The position numbers and the translations under genes were made by a program. Below the pieces are notes generated by a model, which saw only the letters and a program-made list of their open reading frames with translations, made no database searches and was not told the origin of the DNA. Below are positions 51,924 to 61,356 of a stretch of 61,470 nt of DNA, piece by piece; the first letter of the stretch is position 1, and each line of letters begins with the position of its first letter. Source of the DNA: a virus. The stretch is taken from IMG/VR virus record IMGVR_UViG_3300037755_000302; one strand, 5' to 3'.

Positions 51924-52385
51924 TCAGGTTGATGCGACCAGCGCAGTGGTGCTGAAATCAGGATCAACAAAGCCCTTCAATGCCACATAGAGCGTGCCCG
52001 CAACTTCAGTGCCGGCCGCTGCCTGAACATACGCCCGGATCTGGGTCTTGGCGGTATATTTGTACAGGAAGCCGGCAGCGGCCATTGCATTGGAGTATAG
52101 GCCACTCACATCGACAGCGGCAAAAATGCGGTCCTCGTCATCAGCATCGCCGATATCGATCCGCAAAAGTTCCGATGTCGCTGCGTCCATATCCGTGCCG
52201 CGAAGACCGGCCCCAGTTACGACAAAGCCAGCCGGGACATAGAACAGTCCAACGTCGTCATTGGTGTTGTCGAGCATCGCCGTCGTCATGGCGACGATTG
52301 CCGTGAGACAAATTTCCTCACGCCCCCAGCCCGGCCCCATGACTTCGCCGCGGCGGCCGGAAAGGGTAGTTTCATAAGTAGCCAT
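51924..52385 (-). CDS. head-associated protein (decoration-like), 153 aa
   Basis: Immediately downstream of the coat gene. Function is assigned from position only. Confidence 0.45.
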   Translation of the reverse strand: MATYETTLSGRRGEVMGPGWGREEICLTAIVAMTTAMLDNTNDDVGLFYVPAGFVVTGAGLRGTDMDAATSELLRIDIGDADDEDRIFAAVDVSGLYSNAMAAAGFLYKYTAKTQIRAYVQAAAGTEVAGTLYVALKGFVDPDFSTTALVAST

Positions 52386-52403
52386 TTCAATGGTTCCTTT
52401 CCA

Positions 52404-53588
52404 TTACGAGCTGGCAACGGCTGCGACGAAACCTGTCACCATGCCGTTATCGTACTGCGTGCCGGACGTGCCGTCCTTGCGCATGACCTTGTTGGCCCCT
52501 GCCATTTCGGAGATGCCGATGCCAGTGAACTGGCCGTAGTCATCTTCCTTCTTGGCGCGGAACTCGGGCATATTGCCCCAACCGGTGCTAACCGCCTGAC
52601 AGCCGCACAGGAAAACCGGTGCGATGTCGATCGGAGTGGTGCCAGCGCCCTGGCCTTCCATGACCGGGATTTCCGGGATTTCGCGAATGATCACGCCATC
52701 CCAGATCAGATCGCCGTCCTGGAAGATCGGGTTCTTGTCCATGCCGCTGGCTTCACGGGCGCGAGCCTCGCGATTGGCCTGGCGGATGGTCGAGTCCGTC
52801 TTCAGGTCGCGGAACGGGCGGGAACCACAGAACAGCACGAAATACTCGCGGCCATTCTCGGAATACTGATCGAGGACCGGGCGAATGGCGGGCGTGCCGT
52901 TCGTGCGGGCGTTCGTGGCAGTATCCTTAGCGATTTCCTTGAGCAGTGAGACGAGATCGGCATCCAGCTTGTCGGCTGTGTTGTCGATGTTCGCCGTCGC
53001 GGTCGCAAAGGTTGAACTATAGTTCGACTTTGCTGACCCGAACAGAACACGGTCAACGTTGTTCGTGACCCACGTGTCCTTCTGGGCCGTGCTTGCCGCA
53101 ACGTTCTCCTTGAAGTTCAGGGGATCGAAGAACGTCGAGCACTGCGGAGCACCGGACGAGGAATAGGCGACCGTACCGAGCGCATCGATGATGCGGTCAC
53201 GCAGAAGCACACGGGACCATTCCTGAAGCAACGGGCGAACCGCTTCGCGAGCATTGGAGAAATCATAATGCTCGTCCTGCTCGGAAAGCTCAACGCCGTG
53301 GCGGGCGATCTGCACCGCTACGCTGTGGCTGTGCTTGCCGAGCTGTTCTTCCTGACCGGACAATCGCGTATTGCCGCGAACGCCGCCGCCGCTCAGGGCG
53401 GAGACCAGCGGGATCGTCAAAGACTTGCCGCTGGTTGTCATCTCGTAAGCAGTGTGAATGATGGACTTGATGCCCTCATTTCCACCGCCCATGTAAGGCA
53501 TGAAGCCGGACTGACGGACATATTCCCGCCAGTATTCGCGCCGATACCTGATCTCAATGAGATCTGTCGGCGTGGTTGTCGTAGCCAT
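52404..53588 (-). CDS. major capsid protein (HK97 fold), 394 aa
   Basis: Follows the scaffold gene. The N-terminal region IRYRREYWREYVRQSGFMPYMG is like N4-gp56-type coats, from memory. Confidence 0.75.
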   Translation of the reverse strand: MATTTTPTDLIEIRYRREYWREYVRQSGFMPYMGGGNEGIKSIIHTAYEMTTSGKSLTIPLVSALSGGGVRGNTRLSGQEEQLGKHSHSVAVQIARHGVELSEQDEHYDFSNAREAVRPLLQEWSRVLLRDRIIDALGTVAYSSSGAPQCSTFFDPLNFKENVAASTAQKDTWVTNNVDRVLFGSAKSNYSSTFATATANIDNTADKLDADLVSLLKEIAKDTATNARTNGTPAIRPVLDQYSENGREYFVLFCGSRPFRDLKTDSTIRQANREARAREASGMDKNPIFQDGDLIWDGVIIREIPEIPVMEGQGAGTTPIDIAPVFLCGCQAVSTGWGNMPEFRAKKEDDYGQFTGIGISEMAGANKVMRKDGTSGTQYDNGMVTGFVAAVASS

Positions 53589-53592
53589 TGGG

Positions 53593-54402
53593 CTAACCTC
53601 GCTTGCGATTCATCATGTCGTTGAAAAAGTCCTTGTCAGAGCCAATGGCGGCAGGCTGGTTAGGGTCTGCGCGTGTGGCTGACGACAAGGGGGGAGTGAT
53701 GTTCGATGGCGGCGGTGTGCCCTGCCTCATTTCCGCAAGCAACTGTTGTTTAAGCTCCTGCTTCAGCCTCTCCTTGTAGGCGTTCGGATCTTCTCCGATC
53801 GTCTCTTGAAGCTGCTGAGCCTTGTGCCAGCGCACCATCTCGCCGTAGGCGTCCGGCTTGTTGACGAAGGCTTGCGCGAATCCTGACCGCTGAGCCGCCT
53901 CAAGTGCAGCTTCAACGGCGTCTGCCCCATGAGAGTCGCGCGCACGGCGCTCTGACTCGTTGAGGGTCATGTTCAGGAAACGCTGTTCAATCCGGTGTTC
54001 GATGGATTGAGCAAAGGCGTCCGGATCTTCAATAGGATCAATCCGGGGTTGCGGCTGTTGCGGAGGCTGGCTGAACCTAGCCATCATCTGCTCTAGCTGA
54101 TCGATGCGCCGCTGCTGGTTACGCTGGAACTCTTCAGCAGACTGGCGGCGCTTACGCTCTTCGATCAACTCGCCAAGAGGCACCTGATGAGGCTGTTGCT
54201 GCTCGGCAGGCGGCTGTTCCTGGCCGGGAACGGGCTGCTGCTGTTGCGGCTGATTTGCCTCGGTTACTGGCTGAGCGAAAGGCTCCACATCTGGGGGCGT
54301 CGGCTGCTCGCTGGGCTGCGGATTGGCCTGTTCCGTAGACGGCGCTGCATTTTGAGGCGCAAACAGATGCGAAATGCTTGTCTCAGCACTTTCGGTGCTC
54401 AT
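53593..54402 (-). CDS. scaffolding protein (269 aa from ATG 54402)
   Basis: Gln/Pro/Glu-rich helical protein between portal and coat. GGAG lies upstream of ATG 54402. Confidence 0.55.
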   Translation of the reverse strand: MSTESAETSISHLFAPQNAAPSTEQANPQPSEQPTPPDVEPFAQPVTEANQPQQQQPVPGQEQPPAEQQQPHQVPLGELIEERKRRQSAEEFQRNQQRRIDQLEQMMARFSQPPQQPQPRIDPIEDPDAFAQSIEHRIEQRFLNMTLNESERRARDSHGADAVEAALEAAQRSGFAQAFVNKPDAYGEMVRWHKAQQLQETIGEDPNAYKERLKQELKQQLLAEMRQGTPPPSNITPPLSSATRADPNQPAAIGSDKDFFNDMMNRKRG

Positions 54403-54581
54403 AGCGTGGATCTCCAATTTTCGTATGGAAGGTGACGAACCGCCGGGTTTTACGGCCCCGAGCGCATGCCGAATGACAGCGGATGACGGTGCTGAACCGA
54501 AACGCCAAATAATTCACAACAATCATGCCAATATTGGCGATATGGCTTGATACTCAAACTCATTACTTTATAAATTAAATA

Positions 54582-55097
54582 ATGAAACCTCTTAGAATTG
54601 ATCCAAGAAATAGATTTGAGAGCAAGATCTTTCCTGAACCAAATTCAGGATGCTGGCTTTGGACGGGGTACGTTAAGCCAGACGGCTATGGTAGATTTTC
54701 GTTGAGATGCCGACAAATACCCGCGCACAGATTCTCATATACTCTATATGTTGGTAATATTCCCAATGGGCTGGAAATTGACCACATCTGCAAAGTTAGG
54801 TGCTGTGTTAACCCAAATCATTTGCGACTGGTGACTCGCGAAGAGAACATGGCCTTCCGAACTCAACGATCACATTGTGATAACGGCCATCCATTTAGTG
54901 AGGAAAACACTTATCTAAGGCCAGGGACAAATGGCAGGCAGTGTCGAACTTGCACTAGAATTTGGAATAACTTAAGCGCAAAAAGACGCAGGAGTGCCAA
55001 AGCTAACCGACCCCCGGCCCCATCGGCAATCCCCCAGCCTGATCAAGCTGAGGCTCTTCTCCCGGTATCGCCTGCTGAGGGCCTCCCAAGGCCATAG
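54582..55097 (+). CDS. HNH-family homing-endonuclease-like protein
   Basis: CWLWTG...GYGRF...HRFSYTLYVGNIPNGLEIDHICKVRCCVNPNHLRLVT..EN. AT-rich. Its 3' 95 nt are antisense to the portal 3' end. Confidence 0.75.
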   Translation: MKPLRIDPRNRFESKIFPEPNSGCWLWTGYVKPDGYGRFSLRCRQIPAHRFSYTLYVGNIPNGLEIDHICKVRCCVNPNHLRLVTREENMAFRTQRSHCDNGHPFSEENTYLRPGTNGRQCRTCTRIWNNLSAKRRRSAKANRPPAPSAIPQPDQAEALLPVSPAEGLPRP

Positions 55098-57150
55098 GAG
55101 CGCCTGATGCGCCATCCGGCCCCGGCTGTGGCTGTGGCATCATGGCGTTCTGTGGCGGCTCCTGCTGCTGCATGTCAGCTTCGGCTCCCGCCGTCAGAAG
55201 CAGGCGATCGACGGTTGACGGCTCCCGGTAATGGATCGGGAACACGCCGGATAGAACTTCGGGCGTCAGGCCGATCTCTGCCAACAACTTCAATGCCTCG
55301 GCTCTGGTCTTCTCCGTGCCAGAAATCTGCTCATCAATCTCGGATGCCTTCAGTAGCAGCTCAAGCTTCGCCATCTTTTCTTCCAACGCAACAAGCTGGG
55401 GCGGCGGAGCCTTCGATTCCTGCAGGCGCTTGATGATCACGTCCTTGTCGGGGAGCGTGGACAATTCGAGGATGATCTCAAGCGGCACGTCGGGGCGATC
55501 GGCGATGGCCTGGATCAGTTCCTCGCGCATGGTGATCGTGTCCGGCCCCTGATCGAGCAGGACATCAACATCCATGTCCATCATAGAGTTCTCGACCGTC
55601 ACTTGCCCGGTCGTCGGGTCTTCGATGATCTTGTTGATGTTCAGGAACTCGACGGCTTTCGGGTCGGATGTGATGCGGATATACCGCTCGCCGGTCCAGA
55701 ACTGTTGTGCCAGATCCCAATCCTTGTGGTAGACCGAAAGCTCCCATTCGCGCTTCATCTCGAAGACCGGCGACAGCTCCGTCATGCCGGAATTCTGCTG
55801 CGCAAGGATCGCGCGGCCGGACTGGTTCTCGACGCCGCGCCCGATCAGGCCGGGATTGGGGCCAAGGTTCTCGATCTCGGCCTTGTCCTCCTGCAACAAT
55901 TCGAACTGGCCGGCAGTCTGTGCGCTCTGATCGACGAACTGGAAATCCTCGCCGAGATTGCCGTTGACCTCGATATGGCCGTCCGGCCGCGCGGCTTCCC
56001 GCTTCATCTTGTCAACGTCGGGGACAGCGCCGGTTTTCCCCATCGTCTGGCGCTGGTTCAGCAGATGCAGCATCTTGCTGGAGCGCTTGTTGATACCGTC
56101 CTGAAGCGATATCATGTCTCTCACGACGCCATAGCGAACGCCGGATTCATCAACATAAGGCGACCATGCGTTATAAGGGTGCACGGTCTGCTCGTCTTCA
56201 TTCAGGTACGGCGACTTGCAATCGTAGTCTTCTGGACAAAGGCTGATCGGGCCGGTGAGATAATCAAACATCCAGTCGCCAGCGTATTTATACCAGATGT
56301 GGGTGACGCGGATCAAACGCTTGCGGCTATCCATCCACGTTGATCGGTTGTTGATCTTGGCGAATTCCTGCGGCAATGTGGACATCGCGCCGCTGTTGCC
56401 GACACGGGCAAGCTCGTTGATGGTCTCGGCCGAGAACGGCATCATCTCAATGGCTTGGTCCATGTCGAGCCACTGCCATTCGCCCAGATAGCGGGCGTCG
56501 GAGAAATCCCATGCTTCGGACGCAGGATCGTAGAAGAACCTGTCGGATGGAACGTGAGCCTTGCAGATCTCCGGCTTGTTGCGGCGGATCTTGATGCCCT
56601 GCCAGACAACGCCGATGCCACGAATGAGCGCATCCTTCGTCGCGGCTGACGCCAGTTGCGTCCACTTGGTTTCATCCTCGATGCAGCGCAGCGCCGCGGT
56701 GCTGACATATGCCGCCTTGTCCGCAGCCGGCGTGCGCGGATAGCATTTCGGATCGCGGCGCAACCGCTGCTCGACGCCGACAAGGAAGTCAACCTTGCGC
56801 TTGATGCGGTTCTTGGTGGTCGGCGGCTGCTTGCGGCGCTTCAGCTCGCGCAGTTCAGTGTCAGTCCACTGCTTGCTGTGGTAATAGCGGGAGCACTTGA
56901 ACTGCTCCTCGATCTCGCCGGTCTGCCGCTTGGCGTCTTCCCACGTCTGGTATTTCTTGTCGAGGCTCTCACCGTCGAGACGAGGTGAAAGCTGGGGCGT
57001 CGCCTGCGGCTGCGGCAGGTGCTCAAGCTGGACCTGCCCGCTCATGATGGCCTTCTCGGGCGTGATCATCACTTCATCGGGGGAGATGAAGTTCTCGAAC
57101 GCCTGGCGCGGCTGCATGTCATGGTAGCCGAGCGTCATATCACTCGCCAT
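55003..57150 (-). CDS. portal protein, 715 aa
   Basis: Size and position directly downstream of (and overlapping) terL. P22-class length. Confidence 0.75.
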   Translation of the reverse strand: MASDMTLGYHDMQPRQAFENFISPDEVMITPEKAIMSGQVQLEHLPQPQATPQLSPRLDGESLDKKYQTWEDAKRQTGEIEEQFKCSRYYHSKQWTDTELRELKRRKQPPTTKNRIKRKVDFLVGVEQRLRRDPKCYPRTPAADKAAYVSTAALRCIEDETKWTQLASAATKDALIRGIGVVWQGIKIRRNKPEICKAHVPSDRFFYDPASEAWDFSDARYLGEWQWLDMDQAIEMMPFSAETINELARVGNSGAMSTLPQEFAKINNRSTWMDSRKRLIRVTHIWYKYAGDWMFDYLTGPISLCPEDYDCKSPYLNEDEQTVHPYNAWSPYVDESGVRYGVVRDMISLQDGINKRSSKMLHLLNQRQTMGKTGAVPDVDKMKREAARPDGHIEVNGNLGEDFQFVDQSAQTAGQFELLQEDKAEIENLGPNPGLIGRGVENQSGRAILAQQNSGMTELSPVFEMKREWELSVYHKDWDLAQQFWTGERYIRITSDPKAVEFLNINKIIEDPTTGQVTVENSMMDMDVDVLLDQGPDTITMREELIQAIADRPDVPLEIILELSTLPDKDVIIKRLQESKAPPPQLVALEEKMAKLELLLKASEIDEQISGTEKTRAEALKLLAEIGLTPEVLSGVFPIHYREPSTVDRLLLTAGAEADMQQQEPPQNAMMPQPQPGPDGASGAPMALGGPQQAIPGEEPQLDQAGGLPMGPGVG

Positions 57151-58697
57151 TCATCTGCGCTTTCGCTGTCATCGGTGCTTCGATAATCTCCGAGGTTCTC
57201 TGGCTCCGGCGCAACGGGGATGAAAACCTCCCGATGCGCACAGGCGAGCGTTCGTTCTGCATCAGCGCCGTGACTTGCCTCGTTATGCAAAGGCTCGTTC
57301 ATCCATGCGCTGGTTTGATCGTTCCATTTCTTCTTGTAGTTCTTTAGTTGCGCTATGCCTGTTGCGCAGCCCTCGACATCGAATGTCGATGTTTTTAGGA
57401 CTTCCCGAACAGCGTTGATGCCATCTGCTAGGCTCATGGCCGTGGGAATGCGAGGCTTCATGCCTTCCTTGTAGGCTTGCTCGATGCGCGTCTTGCCAGT
57501 GCCCCATTCCTTGACCTTGCCATCATGGGGAAACCAGTCGAAGCTGTCCTCATTCCTGAGCCAGCCGTGCCTATCGAATTGCTCTTTGCAATAGGCCGCG
57601 TAGAAAGGCATGCCTTCGCCGCAGTTCTGGTAATAGTGCAGATGCCGGATTTCACCAGGGAGGAACTGCCCAAACCAGATACTGTGATAGTCGCCAACGC
57701 CAATGTCATGAAAGGTCTGGACTGGCCAGCCCACAGCGGCTTCAAACTTGCCGACGCCGCCACGCCTCTCGACGGCCGACATATGCTTGCCGTAGTAGCT
57801 ACCATCGACTGCTGCGGCAAAAGCCTCGTCCGGGTGAGCTGGGTATTCCCGGCCCATGTCGTCTTCTTGCGTATCCTTGGTGACAGACCACCACGCTTTT
57901 TGCCCGTCATTCAGGACGATGCCATGCTCGCGTTCGAGCACGTCGAAATGCTTCTGAGCCTCATCCGTGATTGGAACGCCAGTCGGATCAATCCAGCAGT
58001 TAGGATCTTCATGCCAGCCGTAGAAATGGAACTTGTAATCGATGCTGGAGAGCGGAGACGCCTTGCGCTTCTGCGCTCTGGCCTTCTCCGTCATCTTGTA
58101 GAACTGGCCGTCCTGACCTTCGGCAGTGCTCTCAATGAACACGAACTGGCCGGCCTTGACGGTGTTGAGTGAGCCGGTGACGATCTCGCGCGCCTTGTCA
58201 GGGAACTTCGCGCAAGTCTTGCCGAACTCGGACACATGCAGGTATTGCAGCGTCCCGCCGCGCATTGATGTTCCGACACGGAGCACGCTATTGTTGCTCA
58301 ATGCCAGCTCGTTGGCGCTGTCCCTGATCGTTGGACGCTGTGCCTTCAGCGCTTCGGGCAACCAGTCGTAAGGCGTCTTGATCTTATCCTGAAAGATCGC
58401 CTTGGCCGTGTCGCGGTCTTGAGCTATCGTGCCGCAACGCATGTTCGAGTTGAACAGCACGAGATCGAGGAACACGAGCTGAATGAATGTCGTGAAGCCG
58501 ATCTGCCGTGACTTCAGGATGATATTGCGGTGATGCCACTCTTCCATAAGGCGCTGCTGCGCCCAATTCGGCTCGAAGCGGATCTTGTTGCCGTCGCGGT
58601 CCAGTATCCAGTAGAGATTGCATAAGCGCCAGTTGCGGTCGGCAAGATCGCGCTTAAACTGGCCGATAGCTTCAGACGAGGCTAGAGCCGTCGCCAT
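57135..58697 (-). CDS. terL: terminase large subunit
   Basis: N-terminal NWAQQRLMEE...ILKSRQIGFTTF (Walker-A-like region) and a C-terminal nuclease region. 520 aa. Confidence 0.85.
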   Translation of the reverse strand: MATALASSEAIGQFKRDLADRNWRLCNLYWILDRDGNKIRFEPNWAQQRLMEEWHHRNIILKSRQIGFTTFIQLVFLDLVLFNSNMRCGTIAQDRDTAKAIFQDKIKTPYDWLPEALKAQRPTIRDSANELALSNNSVLRVGTSMRGGTLQYLHVSEFGKTCAKFPDKAREIVTGSLNTVKAGQFVFIESTAEGQDGQFYKMTEKARAQKRKASPLSSIDYKFHFYGWHEDPNCWIDPTGVPITDEAQKHFDVLEREHGIVLNDGQKAWWSVTKDTQEDDMGREYPAHPDEAFAAAVDGSYYGKHMSAVERRGGVGKFEAAVGWPVQTFHDIGVGDYHSIWFGQFLPGEIRHLHYYQNCGEGMPFYAAYCKEQFDRHGWLRNEDSFDWFPHDGKVKEWGTGKTRIEQAYKEGMKPRIPTAMSLADGINAVREVLKTSTFDVEGCATGIAQLKNYKKKWNDQTSAWMNEPLHNEASHGADAERTLACAHREVFIPVAPEPENLGDYRSTDDSESADEWRVI

Positions 58698-59172
58698 CTA
58701 TCTGCCCAAGCAAAGCCGCAAGCTCATTGCTGACGCCATGGTCAACCTGTGATTTCTCGCGCCACTTTTGCGGAAATCTAGCCGCCATTGATCTTGACCA
58801 TGCTGAAGAAGAGAAGCCGCTTTCAGTGAGATTGTCCTGTCCTGCATCTTCCCACCATTTCAGCTCAAGCTGCTTCGCGAGCGTAATGGCGTCGAAAAAC
58901 TCTGGATGCTCTTTACCCCAATTTGTCAGCGTCTCCGGGATCACCATAAGCTCGGCTGCGATCCATTCGCGTGACTTACCTAGCCTTCCGTAACCAATCA
59001 CGGCTTCGCAATATTCCGGCTTGTACTTCGTCGGACGGCCGCCGGCATGCTTGGCCTCTGTCGCCACCTCTGCTACGACAGCAGGCGCAACTCCTTCGGA
59101 TGCTGCCTTTGTCTTTCGCTTAGGGGTGGGTTTCTTCTTAGGCGCTGGCATAGCGGGCGAACTTCTCTTCAC
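58672..59172 (-). CDS. terS: terminase small subunit
   Basis: GGRPTKYKPEYCEAVIGYGRLGKSREWIAAELMVIPETLTNWGKEHPEFFDAI, upstream of and overlapping terL. Confidence 0.8.
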   Translation of the reverse strand: MKRSSPAMPAPKKKPTPKRKTKAASEGVAPAVVAEVATEAKHAGGRPTKYKPEYCEAVIGYGRLGKSREWIAAELMVIPETLTNWGKEHPEFFDAITLAKQLELKWWEDAGQDNLTESGFSSSAWSRSMAARFPQKWREKSQVDHGVSNELAALLGQIDGDGSSLV

Positions 59173-59178
59173 GCGGGG

Positions 59179-59412
59179 TCATTGGCCTATACTCAACTTG
59201 TGGTTGGTTGTTTTGCCGAGATTTCGGAGACTAAGCTGGCCGCTTGCAACCATTGATTGCTGCCATTTGATCCTCCGAACATCTTCAGAGCGCTGTAGGT
59301 CAATGCGGTTGCGCTCTTCAGGCAAAAGGCAGAAGTGAAACGTTCCGAGAATGAACTTATCCTTGATCATGTGCTGGCAATATGGGCAACAGTAGCGCTT
59401 ACGCGGGGTCAC
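59179..59412 (-). CDS. zinc-ribbon-like small protein, 77 aa
   Basis: CCPYCQH...HFC. 4-nt overlap with the upstream gene. Confidence 0.5.
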   Translation of the reverse strand: MTPRKRYCCPYCQHMIKDKFILGTFHFCLLPEERNRIDLQRSEDVRRIKWQQSMVASGQLSLRNLGKTTNHKLSIGQ

Positions 59413-59723
59413 TGGGGATGACCTTCTGCACGTGGCGAAACCAGAGAATCATTGATCTCGTCGAGATGTTCGGCGATGAATTCGCTGAGCGCTGCTTGCG
59501 CCGTTGCCTCTGTAAGATTGTCCGGCCATTCGAGAACAGCATAACCTCCATCCTCGGTAATGCCGCCAGTGATCCAACCTTGTGGCGTGTTGAAGCTCAT
59601 TGGATGGCTGCCGCAGGGATAGAATATGCCGTCATGTCTCGGGACCGTGCCGCAACCAGTGCATCGTCCTTCGATGAAGGTGTGCTGCTTGTTTGATGGC
59701 CAGTGGAGATCACGCAGGGTCAT
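59409..59723 (-). CDS. hypothetical protein (104 aa from ATG 59723)
   Basis: Its ATG overlaps the end of the upstream gene. Confidence 0.55.
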   Translation of the reverse strand: MTLRDLHWPSNKQHTFIEGRCTGCGTVPRHDGIFYPCGSHPMSFNTPQGWITGGITEDGGYAVLEWPDNLTEATAQAALSEFIAEHLDEINDSLVSPRAEGHPQ

Positions 59724-59919
59724 ATTTGTCCAAAAACTTGACGTTTTCCCACATGTGCAGGGCTTCTGCTCGTGAGGGTTGATTGAAACCGGGCAAGCCG
59801 ACATAGTAATATTTTTTGCCGTCAGACATGAGGACAGGTTCCAGTTTCGGTGATTGAGCAAGCTTCTTGCATTCTGCGATGACATCCAGCGTCAGCGCTT
59901 TCGCTTCATCCTCATGCAC
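59710..59919 (-). CDS. hypothetical protein (69 aa from GTG 59919)
   Basis: GTG overlaps the upstream stop (GTGCATGA). Confidence 0.45.
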   Translation of the reverse strand: MHEDEAKALTLDVIAECKKLAQSPKLEPVLMSDGKKYYYVGLPGFNQPSRAEALHMWENVKFLDKYDPA

Positions 59920-60103
59920 GATCTGTTGCCTTGTACTCTTCAATGATAGTATCGAGCTTAGCCTTGGTGACGACGCCTTGAACGCGGCGATGGATTTCTC
60001 CGCTCTGCGTCGGCAAGACGATAATGGCCTCGCGAACATGAGCGCCTGCGATGCCGTGATCAGATAGATAGGTCGTGATCTTGTCGTCGAGAGAATAGCT
60101 CAT
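59912..60103 (-). CDS. hypothetical protein, 63 aa
   Basis: ORF in the same-strand run ahead of the terminase genes. Confidence 0.5.
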   Translation of the reverse strand: MSYSLDDKITTYLSDHGIAGAHVREAIIVLPTQSGEIHRRVQGVVTKAKLDTIIEEYKATDRA

Positions 60104-60134
60104 TCCTCATTATCCTTGAGCTTGGCGCGGCGAA

Positions 60135-60368
60135 TCATTGCACAGTCTCGACAAGCTGCTCAACCGCTGCCTGCCGGAGTTCATCTTGAAGGCGGTATGC
60201 CGATTGACGAGAGTGGTGCCAGATGCCAAAATTGAGAGCGTTGCAAAGAGCCTGCTTTGCCTCGTCTCCTGTCATGTTGGCGACGCAGCGCATTCCGGCC
60301 TTGTCTCCAGGGCGATCGCCGCCGGGGCCGTACCAGAAATCTTTCGGATCGAAACGTTGCTCACTCAT
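60135..60368 (-). CDS. hypothetical protein (77 aa from ATG 60368)
   Basis: ATGAGTGA overlap with the upstream stop. Confidence 0.5.
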   Translation of the reverse strand: MSEQRFDPKDFWYGPGGDRPGDKAGMRCVANMTGDEAKQALCNALNFGIWHHSRQSAYRLQDELRQAAVEQLVETVQ

Positions 60369-60543
60369 TGGTTTTGCTCCTTGAGCTTGGCGCGGGCGGC
60401 GAAAACGGCCTGACATCAGGAAGCCAGCGGCGATGCGTGTCGTCTCTTGTCCAGCCCTCCGGCGCTGATCTGCCTGAAGAAAGCAATTCGAAATCAGTGA
60501 TGCCGATAGTCACGAATGGTTCTTTGAATTTGCGCTCGCTCAT
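60361..60543 (-). CDS. hypothetical protein, 60 aa
   Basis: Small ORF coupled to the next gene. Confidence 0.45.
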   Translation of the reverse strand: MSERKFKEPFVTIGITDFELLSSGRSAPEGWTRDDTHRRWLPDVRPFSPPAPSSRSKTNE

Positions 60544-60583
60544 TTACTGCTCCTTGCCCGGTGTATGGAGAGGCTGAAACTCG

Positions 60584-60799
60584 TCATTTTCGCCGAACCA
60601 TTTCTTCAAGCTTGGCGCGCAATTCGAGATAAGCCCACACGACTTTGACCGGCGCTTGACGCCCTGTTGCCCATCGGCTGATGGTGTTGGGCGGCATTTC
60701 CAATTCACGGGCGAGATCGGACTGACTGATGGCGAGGCGATCAAGCAAAGCCCTGAAGCGGCGCGCGCTTTCCAAATCTGGTGGTGAGTTCCTCGACAT
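60584..60799 (-). CDS. XRE-family HTH transcriptional regulator, 71 aa
   Basis: FRALLDRLAISQSDLARELEMPPNTISRWATGRQAP. Confidence 0.8.
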   Translation of the reverse strand: MSRNSPPDLESARRFRALLDRLAISQSDLARELEMPPNTISRWATGRQAPVKVVWAYLELRAKLEEMVRRK

Positions 60800-60805
60800 G
60801 GCGAA

Positions 60806-60835
60806 ATTCTACCATGCATGGATGCCAGAGCGCAA
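60806..60835 (-). promoter_or_regulatory. sigma70-type promoter TTGCGC-18 nt-TAGAAT for the XRE gene, with the 10-bp palindrome CCATGCATGG (60812-60821) in the spacer
   Basis: The -10 ends 6 nt before the ATG, predicting a leaderless mRNA. Confidence 0.45.
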
Positions 60836-60875
60836 GTCCTTATACACAACAGCGAGTTCCTTGTGAAAGAAACCC

Positions 60876-60904
60876 TTGACATCCGTCTACATAACGACTA
60901 CATT
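60876..60904 (+). promoter_or_regulatory. near-consensus sigma70 promoter TTGACA-17 nt-TACATT, divergent from the XRE gene
   Basis: Hexamers and spacing read directly from the sequence. About 125 nt upstream of ATG 61033. Confidence 0.55.
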
Positions 60905-61032
60905 AGAGTTATCAGCCACGGAAAACCTACCTGGGACGTGCAGTCTAACAAACGGTCTCAGGTGCTACTCAGCAAAAACGGGCGGCGAAACGATCTCTCT
61001 TCAAGGCGATTTCAACCTTGGAGGAAATGACG

Positions 61033-61266
61033 ATGACTGACAATAAAACCGAATACTCGTGGATGAATGAAGTCAACCCGGAAGTCGAAGCTGAAAAACA
61101 GCTTTGGGAAGCCCTGAAGACACTTGGGCTTGCCGACCATGACAATGGCGAGTTTCTCAGGGTTTGCATTGCTACTGCAAAAACTGGCGACCGCGAGAAA
61201 ATGAAGTCCGCGCTTGAAGCAATGATGCATCCAAGTTCATTTCTCGAACGCGACTTCTGCCTCTAA
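61033..61266 (+). CDS. hypothetical protein (77 aa from ATG 61033)
   Basis: GGAGGA lies 7 nt upstream. The ORF track starts at TTG 61018. Confidence 0.6.
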   Translation: MTDNKTEYSWMNEVNPEVEAEKQLWEALKTLGLADHDNGEFLRVCIATAKTGDREKMKSALEAMMHPSSFLERDFCL

Positions 61267-61356
61267 TCCTCTTGGCGACTCTTCGGAGCCGCCTTGAAGG
61301 GAGATCGATAAGCGAAAGCCTTCAAGGAATGATCTGAACCCCTTGGAGGACTGAAA

